64,000 nucleotides of DNA from an uncultured Anaerolineales bacterium (GCA_964514285.1 CAZEQC010000002.1:18165-82164), one strand, 5' to 3'; shown: positions 1 through 9,294, numbered from the stretch's first letter. Made by a program: numbers and translations. Notes: generated by a model not told the origin, from the sequence alone.

Positions 1-462
1 CGGGCGCCAAGGTTCGCCGATCGGACGCTTCTGGTGCGGGTGAAGGCACCGCGGGAGATCGCCAAACGCATCGCGGGCATTCGCTTTCAGGATCCATGGG
101 TGACGGAGTCCGTGGACGAGACGGTGGAGCGTATGGAGGACGATGAGATTATCTGCCGCTGCGAGCGCGTCACAGCGGGGGAGATCAGGGAGCTGATCCG
201 CTCAGGTGTGCGCGATATGAACCACATCAAGGCTGTCACGCGGGCGGGCATGGGGTCCTGCGGAGGCAAGACGTGCACCAACCTGATCAAACGTCTCTTC
301 CGCGAGGAGGGCGTGCCACTCCGTGAGGTTAAGGAGAACACGCAGCGTCCGCTCTTCATGGAAGTCCCCCTGGGCGTATTCGCTGGGGTAGCTGCCGGTG
401 AAAGACCTGCCGAGGAAGCTCCGACCACGCACGCCACCGATGCCCACGAAGGAGGTATGTAA
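1..462 (+). CDS. 5'-truncated oxidoreductase subunit ending in a BFD-like [2Fe-2S] domain (opine/sarcosine oxidase, HCN synthase, D-hydroxyproline dehydrogenase type)
   Basis: Frame 1 is open from nt 1. Motif ICRCE...GMGSCGGKTC is typical of BFD-like 2Fe-2S domains. The stop lies 2 nt before the next gene. Confidence 0.65.
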   Translation, partial: RAPRFADRTLLVRVKAPREIAKRIAGIRFQDPWVTESVDETVERMEDDEIICRCERVTAGEIRELIRSGVRDMNHIKAVTRAGMGSCGGKTCTNLIKRLFREEGVPLREVKENTQRPLFMEVPLGVFAGVAAGERPAEEAPTTHATDAHEGGM

Positions 463-464
463 CT

Positions 465-1622
465 GTGACCACCAAAGTCTACGATGCCGTGATCATCGGC
501 GCGGGGAGCGTGGGCCTGCCCACAGCCTTCTTCCTGGCGGAGGCGGGGCTCGAGCCCCTGGTCATCGATCAATTTGAAAGCCCTGGTCAGGGTTCGAACA
601 AAGCAGCTATCGGGGGGATTCGAGCCACCCACTCGGCTCCCTCGAAGATACAACTGTGCCTCAAGTCGCTGGAGGTCTTCTCCACGTGGGAGGAGCGGTA
701 CGGCGATGACATCGAGTGGCACCGGGGGGGTTACTCCTTCGTGGCCTACCGTGAGCGTGAAGAGCAAGCGCTCAAGGACCTGCTAGAGATACAGCAGGAC
801 TTTGGACTGGACATTCGCTGGATGGATCGGGAGGACCTCCTGGAGGTGATCCCTGACCTCAATCCCAAGAATCTGATCGGGGGGACGTACTCCCCCCACG
901 ATGGCTCTGCCTCGCCCCTACTGAGCGCCCACGCCTTCTACACGCGGGCCAAGGAGCGCGGTGCACGCTTCCACTTCGGGGAGCGGGTCACCGGCATCAT
1001 CTCCCGCCGCGGCAAGGTGGTGGGGATCCGCACAGACAGGGGAGGCTACGCCACGGAGACGGTGATCAACGCCGCAGGGCCCTGGGCACGGAAGGTGGCC
1101 CAGATGGGCGGACTAGACGTTCCTGTGACGCCCGACAGCCATGAAGCGGGCATCACCGAGCCGGTCAAGCGTTTCCTAGAGCCCATGGTGGTGGACCTCC
1201 GCCCAGCCGAGGGGTCAAAGAACTATTACTTCTATCAACACGGGACCGGCGCCCTGGTCTTCTGCATCACGCCAGAGCCGCCTATCGTCGGAACGGACCG
1301 ACGGGAGACGTCCGAGTTCCTGCCTATGATCGCTCCACGGATGGTCGGCCTGATGCCGAAGTTATCGAACATCCGGATCCGCCGCACGTGGCGGGGGCTC
1401 TATCCGATGACACCGGATGGCTTCCCAATCGTGGGCCGCTCGCGCAAGCTGGAGGGCTATGTCTTTGCCGTCGGCATGTGCGGTCAGGGCTTTATGCTGG
1501 GGCCGGGTATTGGTTCTTTCCTCTCCCGGATAGTGCAGCAGGAGCTGACGCCGGAGGATGAGGAGACGCTGGAGGAGCTGAGCCCCTATCGAGAATTCGG
1601 GGGGGAGGAGAAGCTGAAATAG
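465..1622 (+). CDS. FAD-dependent oxidoreductase, DAO family (beta-subunit-like partner of the preceding gene)
   Basis: N-terminal dinucleotide fold VIIGAGSVGLPTAFFLAEAG. 385 aa, tightly coupled to the upstream ORF. Confidence 0.85.
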   Translation: MTTKVYDAVIIGAGSVGLPTAFFLAEAGLEPLVIDQFESPGQGSNKAAIGGIRATHSAPSKIQLCLKSLEVFSTWEERYGDDIEWHRGGYSFVAYREREEQALKDLLEIQQDFGLDIRWMDREDLLEVIPDLNPKNLIGGTYSPHDGSASPLLSAHAFYTRAKERGARFHFGERVTGIISRRGKVVGIRTDRGGYATETVINAAGPWARKVAQMGGLDVPVTPDSHEAGITEPVKRFLEPMVVDLRPAEGSKNYYFYQHGTGALVFCITPEPPIVGTDRRETSEFLPMIAPRMVGLMPKLSNIRIRRTWRGLYPMTPDGFPIVGRSRKLEGYVFAVGMCGQGFMLGPGIGSFLSRIVQQELTPEDEETLEELSPYREFGGEEKLK

Positions 1623-1751
1623 GACCAACCAGAAGAGATGGGTGTGTCAGGGACAGAACCTCGCAGGCTGAACATCACTCTGGACGTCGGAGCTGTCGCC
1701 CGAGAGCCATAGATGTGAAGGTCGTCCTATCCTAATATGAAGATTGCACAC

Positions 1752-1780
1752 TTGACACCCCCATACTCTACGAATATAAT
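1752..1780 (+). promoter_or_regulatory. Consensus sigma-70-type promoter upstream of the liv-type operon
   Basis: TTGACA (1752-1757), 17-nt spacer, TATAAT (1775-1780). About 80 nt upstream of the livF start. Confidence 0.6.
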
Positions 1781-1859
1781 CCGCTTGGTTTGACCTATAC
1801 CCCACGCTGGTTCAGCCATCCACTCTGGGCTGCATAGTTGAGAAGGAGAAGGAGCATCC

Positions 1860-2573
1860 ATGGCCATTCTGGAAGTCGATGACATCCGCACCTACTACGG
1901 CGATATGCAGGCATTGTTTGGAGTCTCCCTCACGGTGGATCAAGGCGAGATCGTGACGATGATCGGAGCCAATGGAGCCGGTAAGACGACGACGCTCAAG
2001 ACGATCAGCGGCATCCTGGCTCCACGATCCGGTCGCGTGATCTTCAAAGGCGAGGAGATCCAAGGCACATCCGCCCATCGGCTAGTCACAGAGGGCTTGG
2101 TACTCGTTCCCGACGGCCATCAGGTTTTCCCCACGCTGACGGTGATGGAGAACTTGAAAATGGGAGCTATCACGCGCAGGGACCACCAAGCCATTCAGAA
2201 AGACCTCGAATGGGTATACTCCGTTTTCCCCCGTCTGGAGGAGCGAACGACCCAGATCGCCGGCACCCTCAGCGGCGGTGAGCGGCAGATGCTCTCCATC
2301 GCTCGGGCCCTCATGGCCGACGTCGACTTGCTCCTCCTCGATGAGCCCTCTATGGGCCTAGCCCCCTTCCTCGTGCAAGAGATCTTCGACGTCACACGCA
2401 AGCTGAATGAGGAGGGTATGACCATCCTGATCGTCGAGCAGAACGCTCGAATGGCCTTCTCCATCGCTGAGCGGGGCTACGTGATCGAATCAGGTCACGT
2501 GGTCCTAGAGGGGTCGGTCGAGGAGCTACGAGCAGATCCTCAGGTGAAGACCGCCTACCTTGGCGGTGAGTAG
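1860..2573 (+). CDS. livF: Branched-chain amino acid ABC transporter ATP-binding protein (LivF type)
   Basis: Walker A GANGAGKTT, signature LSGGERQ, Walker B LLLLDEPS. AGGAG RBS before the ATG. Confidence 0.9.
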   Translation: MAILEVDDIRTYYGDMQALFGVSLTVDQGEIVTMIGANGAGKTTTLKTISGILAPRSGRVIFKGEEIQGTSAHRLVTEGLVLVPDGHQVFPTLTVMENLKMGAITRRDHQAIQKDLEWVYSVFPRLEERTTQIAGTLSGGERQMLSIARALMADVDLLLLDEPSMGLAPFLVQEIFDVTRKLNEEGMTILIVEQNARMAFSIAERGYVIESGHVVLEGSVEELRADPQVKTAYLGGE

Positions 2574-2767
2574 CACCAACGCAAGCTGTTGGTGCCAAAG
2601 AGCGAGGTCCTTGCCTCTCAAGGGATTACCCATTCTACAGCCCAAGATGTGAGCGCATAGGAAGGAGGTGGTACTGAAGCTCAGACTATAATGTCGCCTC
2701 TATCGGTCCCACATCAAGAAGCGACGCTGACAGAAAGCGTCAAATAGAAACCAAGAGGAGGTTCGAA

Positions 2768-3895
2768 GTGAAGACGCTACATAAGCTGGTTGCCCTGCTG
2801 GTGGTCATCGTCCTGGTGCTCCCCACCGTTGGATGTGCACAACTCGGTGGTGGTGGAGGAGACGGAGAGGTAACCATCGGCGCCATATTCCCCCTGACCG
2901 GCGCATCGACACACGAGGGCATCGACGAACGCCGCGGCGTGGAGCTAGCGGTTGAGCAGATCAACGCCGACGGAGGGATCAACGGCCGCGACCTGAGAGT
3001 GATCTTCGAGGACAGCGAGTCACGCCCCGAGGCCGGCACTGATGCCGCGCATAAGCTGATCGACGTCAACAAAGTCCCTGCCATCATCGGCATCTTCTCC
3101 AGCGGCGTGACGCTCCCTGCGGCCGCGTACGCTCAGGAGCAGGGCGTCGTTATGGTCAACCCTGGCTCGACGTCCCCCAAGTGCGCCGAGGTCGGTGACT
3201 ACTTCTTCAGCACCATTGGCCTGGACCATCTGATGGGCTCAGAGCAGGCTAAGCTTGCGCTCGACGAAGGTTACACCAAAGCCGCCGTCCTGGTACCGAA
3301 CAATCCCTTCGGCATCGGGATGGAGGAGTGGATGGTCAAGACCTTCGAAGAGAACGGCGGCGAGATCACGACCATCATCGAGTATCCGTTGGCTCAGACC
3401 GACTACCGCGCTGAGTTGCAGAGGCTGTTCGAGGGCGACCCCGAGGCCATCCTGTACACCGCCTACGGTGAGGAGTCGAAGATCTTGACGAAGCAAGCCA
3501 TGGAGATGGGCAAGGAGGCTCAGTGGATCGGCGGTTACCTGACCATGTGCACCGGCGTTGCTGACCCGCAGACGGTCGAGGGTCACATCGGCTTGGAACC
3601 GGCCTATCACATGCCGGCTGGCCAGGCCTTTACCGAGGCATTCAAGGAGAAGTACGGCGAGGAGCCGGGTGGGCCGTTTAGCTATCTTGCCTACGACGCC
3701 GCGTGGCTGATCGCGCTGGCGATGCGTGAAGCTGGTACAGACCCGGCTGACATCAAGGAGGCCTTGTATGAGGTCGACGCCCAGTACGACGCTGCAACTG
3801 GCGATCTTCAGTTCGACGAGAACGGTCAGCGTCTTGATCAGCCCTATGACGAGCTGATCTACACCGACGGTCACGTTGAACTCTACAACGAGTAG
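2768..3895 (+). CDS. ABC transporter substrate-binding protein, LivJ/LivK (Peripla_BP_6) family, lipoprotein-like signal
   Basis: N-terminal signal with LPTVGC lipobox-like site. Body resembles branched-chain amino-acid binding proteins. GAGGAGG RBS. Confidence 0.88.
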   Translation: MKTLHKLVALLVVIVLVLPTVGCAQLGGGGGDGEVTIGAIFPLTGASTHEGIDERRGVELAVEQINADGGINGRDLRVIFEDSESRPEAGTDAAHKLIDVNKVPAIIGIFSSGVTLPAAAYAQEQGVVMVNPGSTSPKCAEVGDYFFSTIGLDHLMGSEQAKLALDEGYTKAAVLVPNNPFGIGMEEWMVKTFEENGGEITTIIEYPLAQTDYRAELQRLFEGDPEAILYTAYGEESKILTKQAMEMGKEAQWIGGYLTMCTGVADPQTVEGHIGLEPAYHMPAGQAFTEAFKEKYGEEPGGPFSYLAYDAAWLIALAMREAGTDPADIKEALYEVDAQYDAATGDLQFDENGQRLDQPYDELIYTDGHVELYNE

Positions 3896-3907
3896 CAACG
3901 ATGGTCT

Positions 3908-3939
3908 AGGGCAGCGTGCTCCGCGGAGCGCGCTGCCCT
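3908..3939 (+). terminator. Strong GC-rich hairpin after the binding-protein gene (intra-operon attenuator/terminator)
   Basis: AGGGCAGCGTGCTC / GAGCGCGCTGCCCT form a 14-bp stem (one G-U pair) with a CGCG loop, followed by CGCGTTTCTC. Confidence 0.5.
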
Positions 3940-3992
3940 CGCGTTTCTCAGGTCCCCTGACGATCCCGGTCCTGACTTAGAGGGAGGTCGAC

Positions 3993-4871
3993 GTGCAATT
4001 AACGCAACTGATATTCAACATCCTAACGCGCGCCAGCGAGTTAGCCTTGATCGGCATCAGCCTCACACTGGTGTATGATCTCCTCGACTTCGCCAGCTTT
4101 GCGCAGAACTCATTCGCCACGCTTGGCGCCTATATCGCCCTGTTCTTCTCCGTGGGCCTCGGCATGAACCTACTCCTGGCCGCGGTACTGGCGGTGGTCA
4201 TCACCGGGATACTGGGAATGCTCACCGATCGAGCCATCTTCCGCTGGCTTCGACAGAGCAGTGCCTTCATTCGGATGGTGGCATCGATCGGCCTGGCTCA
4301 AGGGATCCGCAGTCTTGTCCAGGTATTGTGGGGCGGCCAGATCAAGGACTACGGCCTGGGCGTACAAGAACCACTGACGATTCTGGGAGCAACGGTCACC
4401 CCTATCCGCATCGTGATCGTGGTGGTGGCCGCTGCCGCTATGTTGGGCTTCCATCTCTTTCTCCACCGGACGAATCTTGGCCGTTCGATCCGGGCCACAT
4501 CCGACAACCGCGAACTGGCCGAGGCCACAGGTATCGACACCGAGCGCGTGGTGCTCTACGTCTGGTTCCTGGCATGCGCTTTCGCCGCCATCGGGGGCAT
4601 CCTGATTGGTTTGGAGACACAGCTCCGTCCAAGCATGGGACAGGTTATTCTATTGGCGACCTTCTGTGTGGTCATTCTGGGAGGCATCGGCAACGTGTAC
4701 GGTGCCATGGTGGGCTCCCTGATCTTCGCAGCAGCTGAGAACATCGGTATTGCGATCAATATAGGCGGTTTCCAGTTCCCGGTCCGCTATAAGCCGGCTC
4801 TAGCCTTTATCGTCCTAATCCTCACCCTTCTCATCCGTCCTACCGGCGTACTGGGAAGAAAGGAGTCATAA
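3993..4871 (+). CDS. livH: Branched-chain amino acid ABC transporter permease (LivH type)
   Basis: 292-aa polytopic membrane protein with LivH-like sequence. GGGAGG RBS, GTG start. Confidence 0.9.
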   Translation: MQLTQLIFNILTRASELALIGISLTLVYDLLDFASFAQNSFATLGAYIALFFSVGLGMNLLLAAVLAVVITGILGMLTDRAIFRWLRQSSAFIRMVASIGLAQGIRSLVQVLWGGQIKDYGLGVQEPLTILGATVTPIRIVIVVVAAAAMLGFHLFLHRTNLGRSIRATSDNRELAEATGIDTERVVLYVWFLACAFAAIGGILIGLETQLRPSMGQVILLATFCVVILGGIGNVYGAMVGSLIFAAAENIGIAINIGGFQFPVRYKPALAFIVLILTLLIRPTGVLGRKES

Positions 4872-4872
4872 C

Positions 4873-5784
4873 GTGTTTGCATTTCTAATTCACTTCTTGG
4901 TTATGACGGGCATCTTCGCCATCGCGGCTCTGAGCCTCAACTTCCAGGTTGGACTCACAGGGCTTTCGAATTTCGGCCAAGCTGCCTTTATGATGGTGGG
5001 GGCTTACACCTCAGCGCTCATGTATATGGCTGGAGTGCCTTTCGTCTTCGGCGTGCTCGCCGGGATGATTATCTCAGCCATCTTCGCTCTCATCATCGCT
5101 CTGCCCTCTCACAACCTCAGAGCGGACTACTGGGCGATCGTAAGCATCGCAGCAGCCGAGAGCCTTCGCCTCTTCATCAACAACGAGAAGTGGCTGGCGG
5201 AGGGACCGTTCGGCCTGCGTGGCATCCCCCGACCGCTTTCCTCGCTCTTTGGTGACAACTACGCCGTCTTCTACTTCTTCTTCGTCCTCTTCTGCTTAGG
5301 ACTCGTCTATTTCGCCCTCGAGCGACTCAACAAGTCGCCTTACGGGCGCGTGTTGCGCGGCCTGCGAGAGGCAGAGGACCTGATGGAGGCCCTGGGTAAG
5401 GATGTCTTCCGCTTCAAGGCTCTGGCGATGATCATTGGCGGCCTGGTGGCGGCCCTCAGTGGGAGTCTGTATGCCCATTACATCACCTTTGTCAGTCCCG
5501 AGACCTTCGCTCCCGACGTGACCTTCCTGATCTGGACGATGATGATCGTCGGTGGTTCGGGCAACGCAAAGGGAGTCATAGTTGGTGCATTGGTCATCAC
5601 CCTGCTCAATACCTCAACCCGGCTGTTGAAGGACTATCTATACTTGCCTACCAGCCTGGTCGCGGCCTTGCGCACCCTATCGATTGGCGTGCTGACGATC
5701 GCTTTTGTGGTTGCTCGACCGCAGGGTATCCTTCCGGAGCGCAAGCACGTGGTCTCTTACACCGCTGAGGAAGGAGGTAGCTGA
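4873..5784 (+). CDS. livM: Branched-chain amino acid ABC transporter permease (LivM type)
   Basis: 303-aa polytopic membrane protein. Starts 1 nt after the livH stop. Confidence 0.88.
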   Translation: MFAFLIHFLVMTGIFAIAALSLNFQVGLTGLSNFGQAAFMMVGAYTSALMYMAGVPFVFGVLAGMIISAIFALIIALPSHNLRADYWAIVSIAAAESLRLFINNEKWLAEGPFGLRGIPRPLSSLFGDNYAVFYFFFVLFCLGLVYFALERLNKSPYGRVLRGLREAEDLMEALGKDVFRFKALAMIIGGLVAALSGSLYAHYITFVSPETFAPDVTFLIWTMMIVGGSGNAKGVIVGALVITLLNTSTRLLKDYLYLPTSLVAALRTLSIGVLTIAFVVARPQGILPERKHVVSYTAEEGGS

Positions 5785-6563
5785 TGTTAAACGTCAAGCA
5801 TATCGACAAAGCCTTCGGTGGCCTCCAAGCGCTTAGCAACGTTTCCTTGACTGTGGAAGAAGGAACGATCACCGGTCTCATCGGACCCAACGGATCTGGC
5901 AAGACGACCCTGTTCAACGTCATCACCGGGTTTTACGAGAAGGATAGAGGTACAGTAACGCTGCAAGGAGAGCCAATCGGCGACCTGTCTCCTCACAGCA
6001 TTGCAGAGCGCGGTATGGTTCGATCTTTCCAGATCCCTCAAGTACCGCGAGGGATGACCGTGATGGAGAATATGCTGGTAGCGGGCCAGGGCCTGATCGG
6101 GGAGAACCCTATGGCGGTCTTCTCGCGTTGGTCAGCTGTCCGACGTCAGACCAGAGAGATGGTAGAGCGCGCCGAGGAGCTTCTGGAACGCGTCGGACTT
6201 CTCGAGCAGCGCGATGAGCTAACCGGGAGCCTCTCCGGCGGTCAGGTCAAGCTCCTGGCGATAGCCCAGACTCTGATGACTGACGCCGATCTGATCTTGC
6301 TGGACGAACCGACGGCTGGTGTGGACCTGGCCTTGACCGATCAGATTATGGAGCTCCTGAAGGACATACACAGCGGAGGCAAGACTATGATGCTCGTGGA
6401 GCACAAAATGCGCGTCATCGGTAACGTCTGCGAGTATGTGTACGTCTTGGACGCTGGAAAGGTGATCGCATCGGGCGAGCCGACAGCTGTGCAGAATGAT
6501 CCACGCGTCATCGAAGCCTATCTGGGGACGGAGGATGCCGTGGGGGGTAAGGAGTGGAAGTGA
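5784..6563 (+). CDS. livG: Branched-chain amino acid ABC transporter ATP-binding protein (LivG type)
   Basis: Walker A GPNGSGKTT, signature LSGGQ, Walker B LILLDEPT. Start overlaps the livM stop (ATGA-type). Confidence 0.9.
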   Translation: MLNVKHIDKAFGGLQALSNVSLTVEEGTITGLIGPNGSGKTTLFNVITGFYEKDRGTVTLQGEPIGDLSPHSIAERGMVRSFQIPQVPRGMTVMENMLVAGQGLIGENPMAVFSRWSAVRRQTREMVERAEELLERVGLLEQRDELTGSLSGGQVKLLAIAQTLMTDADLILLDEPTAGVDLALTDQIMELLKDIHSGGKTMMLVEHKMRVIGNVCEYVYVLDAGKVIASGEPTAVQNDPRVIEAYLGTEDAVGGKEWK

Positions 6564-6765
6564 GATAGCGCACCCGCCCGCGCCACGTACACACTCGTCT
6601 GACCGAGCAGAAAGAGAGAGAAACAGACAGAGGAGGACACCGACCTCCGAGACACGATCATCCGCGGTGACAAAGCCGTTGCGCTTTCAAAGAGAGCCGC
6701 CAGATGGGTTCATCTGGCGGCTCGTTGCCGTGAGCCCCTTCGAAACGTCCAGAACTGGAGCCGAT

Positions 6766-7668
6766 TTGACGACAGGTATCGTTTTCGACATTAAGCAGTT
6801 CTCCCTTCACGATGGTCCGGGCATCCGCACCACGGTCTTCCTCAAAGGTTGCCCTTTGAGCTGCTGGTGGTGTCATAACCCAGAGGGCCAGGCGCAACAG
6901 CCGGAGTTGATCCTCCGTCCCGAGCGCTGCATCGGCTGCGGTGCCTGTGTGGAAGCGTGTGAGAGCGGCGCGATCATCCTCGATGAGGACAGCGTATCCA
7001 CGGATCGAGAGCGATGCACCATGTGTGGCGTATGTGCGGAGGTCTGCTATGCGGAAGCGCGGGAGATCGTGGGCCGCGAGATGAGCGTCGCAGAGGTGAT
7101 GGATGAGATCGAGCGTGACGCCCCGTTCTACGACCAGTCCGGCGGAGGGGTAACGTTTTCAGGTGGCGAGCCCTTGGTTCAGCCGACCTTTCTCCAAGAG
7201 CTGCTTCGGGCCTGCCAGGAGAAAGGCCTACACACGGTCCTGGACACTTGTGGGTTTGCACCCTGGCACGTTCTGGAGACCGTCCGAGAGGATGTTGACT
7301 TGTTCCTCTACGATCTGAAGCTGATGGACGACACTCGCCACCAATCGTTCACCAGCGTCTCCAATGGGCCTGTTCTGGAGAATCTACAGCGGCTTTCAGG
7401 TCACGGCCACCGGATCATCATGCGCGTGCCCATCATCCCTGGGATCAACGATGACGAGGAGACCTTGCGGCGGCTGGGAGCCTTCGCGGCGAGGCTGCCG
7501 TCCCTGGAGTATGTCGAGCTCTTGGCTTACCATCGGATTGGACGCGACAAGTATCATCGGCTAGGAAAACCTTGCCCTATGCCGGAGACTGATCCACCAT
7601 CAGAAGACCGCATGCGTGAGATCGCAGAAAGACTGCGCCAGCTAGGCGTTGCTGTGAGGTGCAGCTGA
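6766..7668 (+). CDS. Glycyl-radical enzyme activating protein (radical SAM, with ferredoxin-like two-cluster insert)
   Basis: CPLSCWWCHNPE (CxxxCxxC) plus CIGCGACVEAC and CTMCGVCAEVC. I place the start at in-frame TTG 6766 (GGAG 6 nt upstream). The tracked ORF from 6496 adds an implausible Arg/Ser-rich extension overlapping livG. Confidence 0.85.
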   Translation: MTTGIVFDIKQFSLHDGPGIRTTVFLKGCPLSCWWCHNPEGQAQQPELILRPERCIGCGACVEACESGAIILDEDSVSTDRERCTMCGVCAEVCYAEAREIVGREMSVAEVMDEIERDAPFYDQSGGGVTFSGGEPLVQPTFLQELLRACQEKGLHTVLDTCGFAPWHVLETVREDVDLFLYDLKLMDDTRHQSFTSVSNGPVLENLQRLSGHGHRIIMRVPIIPGINDDEETLRRLGAFAARLPSLEYVELLAYHRIGRDKYHRLGKPCPMPETDPPSEDRMREIAERLRQLGVAVRCS

Positions 7669-7691
7669 CATAGCGACGAGGAGGAGCTATT

Positions 7692-8510
7692 ATGGCGATG
7701 AGTGAACGTGTGCGACAGTTGCGGCAGCGGAGCCGGGAGGCAGTGCCCTCCATCTCGTCCGAGCGCGCGGAGCTTCTGACCGCGTTCTACCGCCAGAGCG
7801 AGGGGCGGCTGATGTCGGCACCGGTGCGGCGGGCCCTGGCCTTCCAGTATCTGATGGAGCAGAAGGCCATCTACCTGGGCGAGGGCGAGCTGATCGTGGG
7901 CGAGAAGGGGCCGGCGCCCAAGGCGGCGCCCACCTACCCGGCGCTCTGCTGCCACACCCTGGACGACCTGGCGGTGCTCGATTCCCGGGAGAAGGTCGCC
8001 TTCGCCGGCAGCGATTCGGTGCAACGCACGTACGAGGAGACGATCATCCCCTTCTGGCGGGGCAAGTCGATGCGCGACCGCATCTTCGAGGAGATGACGG
8101 AGGAATGGAAGGCCGCCTACCAGGCTGGCGTCTACACCGAGTTCATGGAGCAGCGCTCGCCCGGCCACACCGTGCTCGACGACAAGATCTACCATAAGGG
8201 CCTGCTCGACGTCAAGCGAGAGATCGAGGAGCAGCTCCAAAGCTTGGACTACCTCGACGACCCGGAGGCCTACGACAAGCAGGAGGAGCTCAAGGCGATG
8301 GGCCTCTGCATCGACGCGTTGATCCGCTTCGCCAAGCGCCACGCCGAGAAGGCCCGGGAGCGGGCCGGCGAGACCGCCGATCCGGCGCGTCGGCGGGAGC
8401 TGGAGCGGATCGCCGAGGTCTGCAGCCACGTCCCGGCCCACGCGCCGCGCGACTTCTGGGAGGCGCTGCATGAGGAGATCATCGCCCGGACGGAGCACCA
8501 GGCGTTCTAG
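7692..8510 (+). pseudogene. Glycyl-radical enzyme remnant: N-terminal ~259 aa fused in frame to the last 13 aa of the family C-terminus
   Basis: GELIVGEKG..PTYPALCCHT, IIPFW, YTEFMEQRSPGHTV and VPAHAPRDFWEAL match the N-terminal region of PFL2/glycerol-dehydratase-type GREs (normally ~800 aa). The ORF ends HEEIIARTEHQAF-stop. There is no Cys loop and no RVxG glycyl-radical motif. Confidence 0.7.
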
Positions 8511-8571
8511 AGGAGATAAGCCGCGTTCGCAGTGACCACACTAGGAGGCCCCAAGGATAGTCGGGGCGACC

Positions 8572-8602
8572 GAAAAGAGAAAAACCCGGACGATTGTCCG
8601 GG
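8572..8602 (-). terminator. Rho-independent terminator of slyD
   Basis: On the minus strand: CCCGGAC-AAUC-GUCCGGG followed by UUUUUCUCUUUUC. Lies 30 nt after the slyD stop. Confidence 0.7.
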
Positions 8603-8631
8603 CTCTTGTCACCTGTTCTGAGCTAGACGGG

Positions 8632-9141
8632 TCAGCACCCTGTCGGCGTTGAGCAGCCGCTACAGGTACCACAGCCGCCCGCCATACTAGCCTCATCCGC
8701 TTCACACACATCCACGACTTCTACGTCGAAGTGAAGCGTCTCACCGGCCAACGGGTGGTTAAAGTCGAGCTTCACCGAGTCGTCGTTAACCTCTGACACA
8801 AAGGCCGTCGCTGTGCGACCCGAGCCGTCAGAAACCTGGATAGGCATTCCAGCCTCGGGCTCGAAGCCATCCTGGAACGCGTCACGAGGAACGACCTGAT
8901 TGGCCTCTGGATTCCGCTCCCCATATCCCTGATCGGGTTCCACAACGATGCTTCTCTCCTCACCGACTTTCATACCGTAGAGTTCCTGTTCGAGCCCAGG
9001 GACGATCTGTCGCTGGCCTTGCACGAACTCAATCGGTTCACGATCCTCAGAGCTATCGACGACCTCGCCATCCTCCAGACGGAGTATGTAATCGAGGCAG
9101 ACGACCATACCATCAGAAACTTCTAGTGTCTTCTCTGTCAC
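8632..9141 (-). CDS. slyD: FKBP-type peptidyl-prolyl isomerase, SlyD-like, with Cys-rich C-terminal metal-binding tail
   Basis: FKBP/IF-domain sequence (GMKVGEERSIVV, HPLAGETLHFDVEVV). Tail MAGGCGTCSGCSTPTGC. GTG start. Confidence 0.85.
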   Translation of the reverse strand: MTEKTLEVSDGMVVCLDYILRLEDGEVVDSSEDREPIEFVQGQRQIVPGLEQELYGMKVGEERSIVVEPDQGYGERNPEANQVVPRDAFQDGFEPEAGMPIQVSDGSGRTATAFVSEVNDDSVKLDFNHPLAGETLHFDVEVVDVCEADEASMAGGCGTCSGCSTPTGC

Positions 9142-9229
9142 TACTATCCCTTTACTCTATTAGCTATGGCTAGCGTCATTGATGACCTTCGAAAACGGCT
9201 CAAGGCAACTACGAATGTGCCTCAAGCAC

Positions 9230-9258
9230 AAAAAAACGCCCAGGTTCAGCACCGGGCG
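9230..9258 (-). terminator. Intrinsic terminator inside the slyD leader
   Basis: Minus-strand RNA CGCCCGG-UGCUGAA-CC(U)GGGCG followed by UUUUUUU. Lies between the consensus promoter (9295-9323) and the slyD start (9141). Confidence 0.65.
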
Positions 9259-9294
9259 ATGCTCTCCTAATGCAACCCCATCCTTCTGACATAG

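Noticed and set aside
2573-2595. The hairpin GCACCAAC-gcaagct-GTTGGTGC after livF as a terminator splitting the liv cluster.
   Set aside because: The stem is only 8 bp, there is no U-tract, and I could not find a convincing promoter in the following 170 nt. The cluster is probably a single operon with a processing or pause site at most.
6496-6765. A 90-codon upstream extension of the GRE activase ORF.
   Set aside because: It overlaps livG, is Arg/Ser/Pro-rich and is not family-like. An in-frame TTG with a GGAG RBS sits right before the conserved N-terminus.
7554-8498. A 314-aa minus-strand ORF antisense to the GRE remnant. Similar long antisense ORFs occur at 11388-12299, 3239-3898, 22605-23396, 35624-36316, 37549-38352, 43795-44517, 45561-46409, 52493-53335, 55696-56514 and 62321-63523.
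   Set aside because: Each lies entirely opposite a gene with clear family motifs. Their products are Arg/Gly/Pro/Leu-rich and low-complexity, as expected from stop-poor antisense frames of GC-rich coding DNA.
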